Part shown: positions 60,568 to 64,000 of the stretch, one piece after another
How the letters are laid out: the number at the start of each line of letters is the position of its first letter
How positions within the stretch are numbered: position 1 is the stretch's first letter
NCBI GenBank assembly: GCA_964536865.1
Contig: CAZHYN010000001.1
Span: 16,195 to 80,194 of the forward strand
Length of the DNA stretch: 64,000 bases
Origin: an uncultured Planctomycetia bacterium
GTDB lineage: Bacteria; Omnitrophota; Gorgyraeia; Duberdicusellales; 4484-171
Direction: 5' to 3'
Notes under the pieces: generated by a model
The model's input: the letters and a program-made list of their open reading frames with translations, nothing else
Told to the model about the DNA's origin: nothing
Databases searched by the model: none
Translations under genes and position numbers: made by a program

Positions 60568-61270
60568 TCTTTATTATTTCTCCATATAAGTCTTTTAAAG
60601 AAGTTTGAATCTCCTTTATATTTTTAATTAGGAGAATTTCTCCCCTATTCATAATAGCAATTCTGTCAGCGACAGTTTCTGCTTCTTCCAAAAAATGGGT
60701 AGCAAAGAGGATTGTTTTTTTGAACTCTTTCGCTAATCTCTGCATAAGCTTTCTAAATTCTTTAGCCGTTAAGGGATCCAAACTTTTGGTAGGCTCATCC
60801 ATTATAATTATTTCCTTTTCCAGAATAAGAGTTCTTAAAAGGGAAAGGCGATGTTTGGTTCCTGTAGAATATTGCCAGAAAGGTTTGTCTAAGTCCTCTA
60901 CTTCTAAAATTTGTGAATAATTCTTTATTCTCTCTCTAATTTGATGGGAAGAAAGATTATAAATTGTAGCAAAGAATTCCAAATTCTGCTTTGCAGTAAG
61001 TTGAGGATAAAATCCATAAGTTTCCCCAGAAAAATAAGCAACCCCCCCTTTAACCTTTATCATTCCTCTTTCAGGAAGAATTAATCCACAAATTATTTTT
61101 AGAAGAGTAGTTTTACCTGCACCGTTAGGACCTAATAGAGCAAGCGCCTCCCCTCTATTTACTTTAAGATGTACTGAATTTAGAGCATAGATCCTGCGTG
61201 GGAGAAGAAAAAAATGGAAGATATCTCTCTTTATAAGAAAAGACTTGCTTAGCCCCTCTACTTCAATCAT
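60554..61270 (-). CDS. ABC transporter ATP-binding protein
   Basis: Walker A GPNGAGKTTLL, signature-like STGTKHRLSL, Walker B IIIMDEPT. Confidence 0.85.
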   Translation of the reverse strand: MIEVEGLSKSFLIKRDIFHFFLLPRRIYALNSVHLKVNRGEALALLGPNGAGKTTLLKIICGLILPERGMIKVKGGVAYFSGETYGFYPQLTAKQNLEFFATIYNLSSHQIRERIKNYSQILEVEDLDKPFWQYSTGTKHRLSLLRTLILEKEIIIMDEPTKSLDPLTAKEFRKLMQRLAKEFKKTILFATHFLEEAETVADRIAIMNRGEILLIKNIKEIQTSLKDLYGEIIKNDIS

Positions 61271-61346
61271 TTTCTAAAACCATACCAGAGACCTTATATC
61301 TTGTCAACGGTAAGAAAGTTGTGTTAAAATTTTAGAGAGTAAAAAG

Positions 61347-62744
61347 ATGAAAAAAAGAGTTTTACACCTTTCCTTATTACTAATCTCTATATCTGTAGTA
61401 GTCTTTCTACTAAGTTCTCCTTGCTTTCCCCAAGAAGAAAAAAGGTTCCAAATTGTAGGAGAGATTTTTGGTGTACCAGTACCTATTGGAAATTACTACT
61501 TTGCTAAAAGAGTAGTTTTAACTTTCAATGCCAAGTGGCGTCCTACACCTAAAGATGAGGAGGAATTGGAAGATTTGGTCTGGCAGGAACTTATTCTTTC
61601 TTATGAGGCTTATCGTCGGGGGATAGAAGCTAGTAGCAAGGAGATAGATGAGCATATAGATAAGATACTAAAAGCAGAGAAGGTAAATTTCGATTGGCGG
61701 AAAGAAAAAGAAAAGTTTGAAGAGTGGACAAAAAATAAATTGGGCGTATCTCCTCAGGTATTTAGAAATCAGATAGAACATCTAATAAAGCTAGAGAAGC
61801 TCCAGCAACAAGTAATAGAGAGTATTGAACCTGAAGTTACCGAGGAGGAAGCCTACCAGAAATTTCTCGATGAGTGTAATACTCTTTCTGTAGAGTTAGT
61901 ACAGTTTGATGAATTAAAAGAGGCAGAAAAGTTTTATAAGGAAGTTTCAAAACCTCAGGAAGAAGGAGCGTTAGAGAAACTTATTTGGGAAGATCTTCTC
62001 CTTTCCTATGAAGCATTTAAAAGAAAAGTAGAGGTAACTAAAGAAGAAATAGAAAAAAATATTTATAGGTATTTGAGAGGAAGGGAGGTTAGATTTAACT
62101 GGAAGAAAGATGAGAGAAAATTTAAAACGTGGCTTAAAGGTAATTTAGGTTTATCTCAAGAGGAATTCAAGAAATTTATTATTCACTTTGCAAAGATTGA
62201 TAAATTGAGGCAGTTAATCTATAGAAAAGAAGCTCCTCCTATTAGTGAGGAGAGATATACATATTTTCTCAGAGAGAAAAGAGATATCGAGAGAGCTTAT
62301 CAAAGGTTCTCTAAAGAATTTGGCTTTCCTCAAAATGCAGTATTGATATTTCCTACTTTCCAAGATGCTGAGGTATTTTATAAACGATTTAAGAGAGAAG
62401 CTACTCCTTGGGAAGATAGAAAAAGAAAAAAGCCTGATAGATTTAAAAGGCCGGGTTTCGTAGCTTTAGATTTTCTAATTCATATGTGGGGATTCAAAAG
62501 AGAAGATGCTTACAGGATGATAGAAAGAAAGGTTGGAGATATTTACCCTCCCGCCCCTATTTATAAAGGATATGGAGTATTTAAAATTCTTCGTGTTCGT
62601 AAAGCTAATCCTTCTGATTTTAGCAAGCGAAAAAAATACTATTTTGATAAGCTTAAGAGGATCAAAAAATATCAAAGATTTAAAGAATGGCTAAATTCTC
62701 TGAAGGAGGAAGCTAATATAAAAGTCTATAGTGATAAATTTTAA
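61347..62744 (+). CDS. Secreted protein with two tandem SurA-N/PpiD-like chaperone repeats
   Basis: Signal peptide; two units of about 115 aa share W(Q/E)(E/D)L(I/L)LSYEA...V(N/R)F(D/N)W(R/K)K(E/D)...(F/W)...LG(V/L)S. Confidence 0.5.
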   Translation: MKKRVLHLSLLLISISVVVFLLSSPCFPQEEKRFQIVGEIFGVPVPIGNYYFAKRVVLTFNAKWRPTPKDEEELEDLVWQELILSYEAYRRGIEASSKEIDEHIDKILKAEKVNFDWRKEKEKFEEWTKNKLGVSPQVFRNQIEHLIKLEKLQQQVIESIEPEVTEEEAYQKFLDECNTLSVELVQFDELKEAEKFYKEVSKPQEEGALEKLIWEDLLLSYEAFKRKVEVTKEEIEKNIYRYLRGREVRFNWKKDERKFKTWLKGNLGLSQEEFKKFIIHFAKIDKLRQLIYRKEAPPISEERYTYFLREKRDIERAYQRFSKEFGFPQNAVLIFPTFQDAEVFYKRFKREATPWEDRKRKKPDRFKRPGFVALDFLIHMWGFKREDAYRMIERKVGDIYPPAPIYKGYGVFKILRVRKANPSDFSKRKKYYFDKLKRIKKYQRFKEWLNSLKEEANIKVYSDKF

Positions 62745-62794
62745 ATTATATAAGGGTTTTACTTTTTCCTAGATATGATATAATTTTAAAAGAA

Positions 62795-64000
62795 ATGAAT
62801 CATCGCGAATTATCTTTAAGAGATTATCTAAGAATAATTCGCAAGAGAAAGTTTATTATAATTTCCTCTTTTATCGTCTTTATTGGTTTTTCTCTGTTTT
62901 ACACCTCAGGACAACTTCCCATTTACGAAGCTACCACGACTGTAAAGATTGAGGAAAGAAAGACAATAGCTGGTCTCCTTACTGAATGGATTGTTTATAC
63001 TCCTGGAGATATAATGGAGACACAAGTTAAAATTATAAAAGGTTTTCCTGTCCTAAAGAAGGTAGCTTTAAAACTAGGTTTAGTAAAGGAGGAAGATCCT
63101 GTTTCTAAAATTTATGAGATAGTAGGAAGGCTTCAGTCTCAAATCTCTACCGAAAGGGTTGGAAAAACTAACATTATCAAGATCACTGCTATCTCTCATG
63201 ATCCCGAAGAGGCAATGAAATTAGCAAATACAGTAGCTGGTGTTTACATTGAAGAGAATCTTTATGAAAAGAATAAGCAGGCAAGAACAGTAAGGCTATT
63301 TATTGAGGAACAGTTAACTACGCTTAAAGAGAGACTCCATAGAGCGGAAGAGAAGATAAAAAAATTTAGTGAGGAGGAGGAAAATATTCAGATTGCTGAG
63401 GAGGTTCAGAAAAAACTAAACGATCTTGAGTTCCAGTTAGCTTCTCTTCTTCAAAAATATACAGAAAAACATCCAAAAGTAATTCAAATAAAGGAACAGA
63501 TAAGAGAGTTGAGAGAGCAATCAAAGAAATTTTCTGCTAAAGCGTTAGAGTACGCACGTCTTAAGAGGGAAGTAGAAGTAAATAAAAAATTATATGCGAT
63601 GTTGAGAGAAAAATTAGAAGAAGCAAGAATTACCGAGGCAGAAAAGGTTCCCGATGTAAGTGTTGTAGATCCAGCTGTTCTTCCTAAAACTCCCATATCT
63701 TCCTCAGGAAAGTTAGGGGTTTTTGTAGGAGGAGTGTTAGGGTTAGTGGTAGGGATAATTTTAGCTTTTATTGCTGAAAATTTAGATACATCTATTGGGA
63801 CAATTGAAGATGTGGAAAGTATTGTGGGTTTGCCTGTTTTAGGAGTTGTTCCTTCTATAATCAGAGAAGTTGAAATAAAGAGAAGTTTCTTTAAAAAAAT
63901 TAGAGATACAATCTTTCCTCCCAAGATAGATGAATCTACAGAAAGGTACGTAAGATTAATTGTTTGTTATAAACCTACTTCCTCAGCAGCAGAAAGCTAT
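62795..64000 (+). CDS. Polysaccharide chain-length determinant / Wzc-GumC-like protein (5' part; continues past window end)
   Basis: MNHRELSLRDYLRIIRKRKFIIISSFIVFIGFSL (Wzz N-terminal TM), long periplasmic coiled-coil region, second TM (GVFVGGVLGLVVGIILAFIAE). Absent from the ORF track because no stop codon lies within the window. Confidence 0.7.
   Translation, partial: MNHRELSLRDYLRIIRKRKFIIISSFIVFIGFSLFYTSGQLPIYEATTTVKIEERKTIAGLLTEWIVYTPGDIMETQVKIIKGFPVLKKVALKLGLVKEEDPVSKIYEIVGRLQSQISTERVGKTNIIKITAISHDPEEAMKLANTVAGVYIEENLYEKNKQARTVRLFIEEQLTTLKERLHRAEEKIKKFSEEEENIQIAEEVQKKLNDLEFQLASLLQKYTEKHPKVIQIKEQIRELREQSKKFSAKALEYARLKREVEVNKKLYAMLREKLEEARITEAEKVPDVSVVDPAVLPKTPISSSGKLGVFVGGVLGLVVGIILAFIAENLDTSIGTIEDVESIVGLPVLGVVPSIIREVEIKRSFFKKIRDTIFPPKIDESTERYVRLIVCYKPTSSAAESY

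Noticed and set aside
63484-63924. Minus-strand 146-aa ORF
   Set aside because: Antisense within the Wzc-like gene that runs to the window end. Low-complexity translation.

Overview
This looks like the chromosomal origin region of an AT-rich, probably thermophilic bacterium: coding DNA is AT-rich, proteins are Lys/Glu/Ile-rich, and tRNAs are GC-rich. Bases 1-43300 are dense housekeeping genes. On the minus strand: gyrA (partial), gyrB, a DUF721/DciA-like gene, dnaN and dnaA, with DnaA boxes on both sides of dnaA. On the plus strand: rpmH-yidD-yidC (no rnpA), parA-parB behind a parS-like palindrome, ndk, yicC-like, gmk, rpoZ, three tRNAs, and thrS-infC(AUU start)-rpmI-rplT. These are followed by trkA/trkH, pheS-pheT, a promoter/terminator-bounded structured ncRNA (candidate 6S RNA) upstream of rarA and 5-formyl-THF cyclo-ligase, rny-ymdB, a PilZ protein, dxs, a four-subunit 2-oxoacid:ferredoxin oxidoreductase, gltX, a PyrR-attenuated pyrR-pyrB-pyrC cluster, a Mut7-C nuclease-domain protein, an EndoQ-like PHP nuclease, flavodoxin, tRNA-Arg, a LOG/TIGR00725-like protein and carA-carB. 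From about 43.4 kb to the window end the content is accessory. It holds a MerR-like regulator and two ExeA/GspA/MshM-like AAA ATPases around a tandemly duplicated [secretin + membrane-anchored coiled-coil/TPR protein] module. It also holds an HD-GYP protein, a long coiled-coil membrane protein, a Wza-like polysaccharide exporter and, at the window end, a Wzc/GumC-like chain-length determinant. Inserted between the Wza-like and Wzc-like genes is a compact RiPP-like cassette: a PqqD-like RRE, a radical SAM/SPASM enzyme, an overlapping 57-aa Cys-containing peptide ending in Ser, an HprK-like kinase, an S26/S24-type peptidase, a PF14907 nucleotidyltransferase and a convergent ABC-2 exporter. That cassette is the most likely previously undescribed system in the window. 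No CRISPR array, transposase or rRNA was seen.
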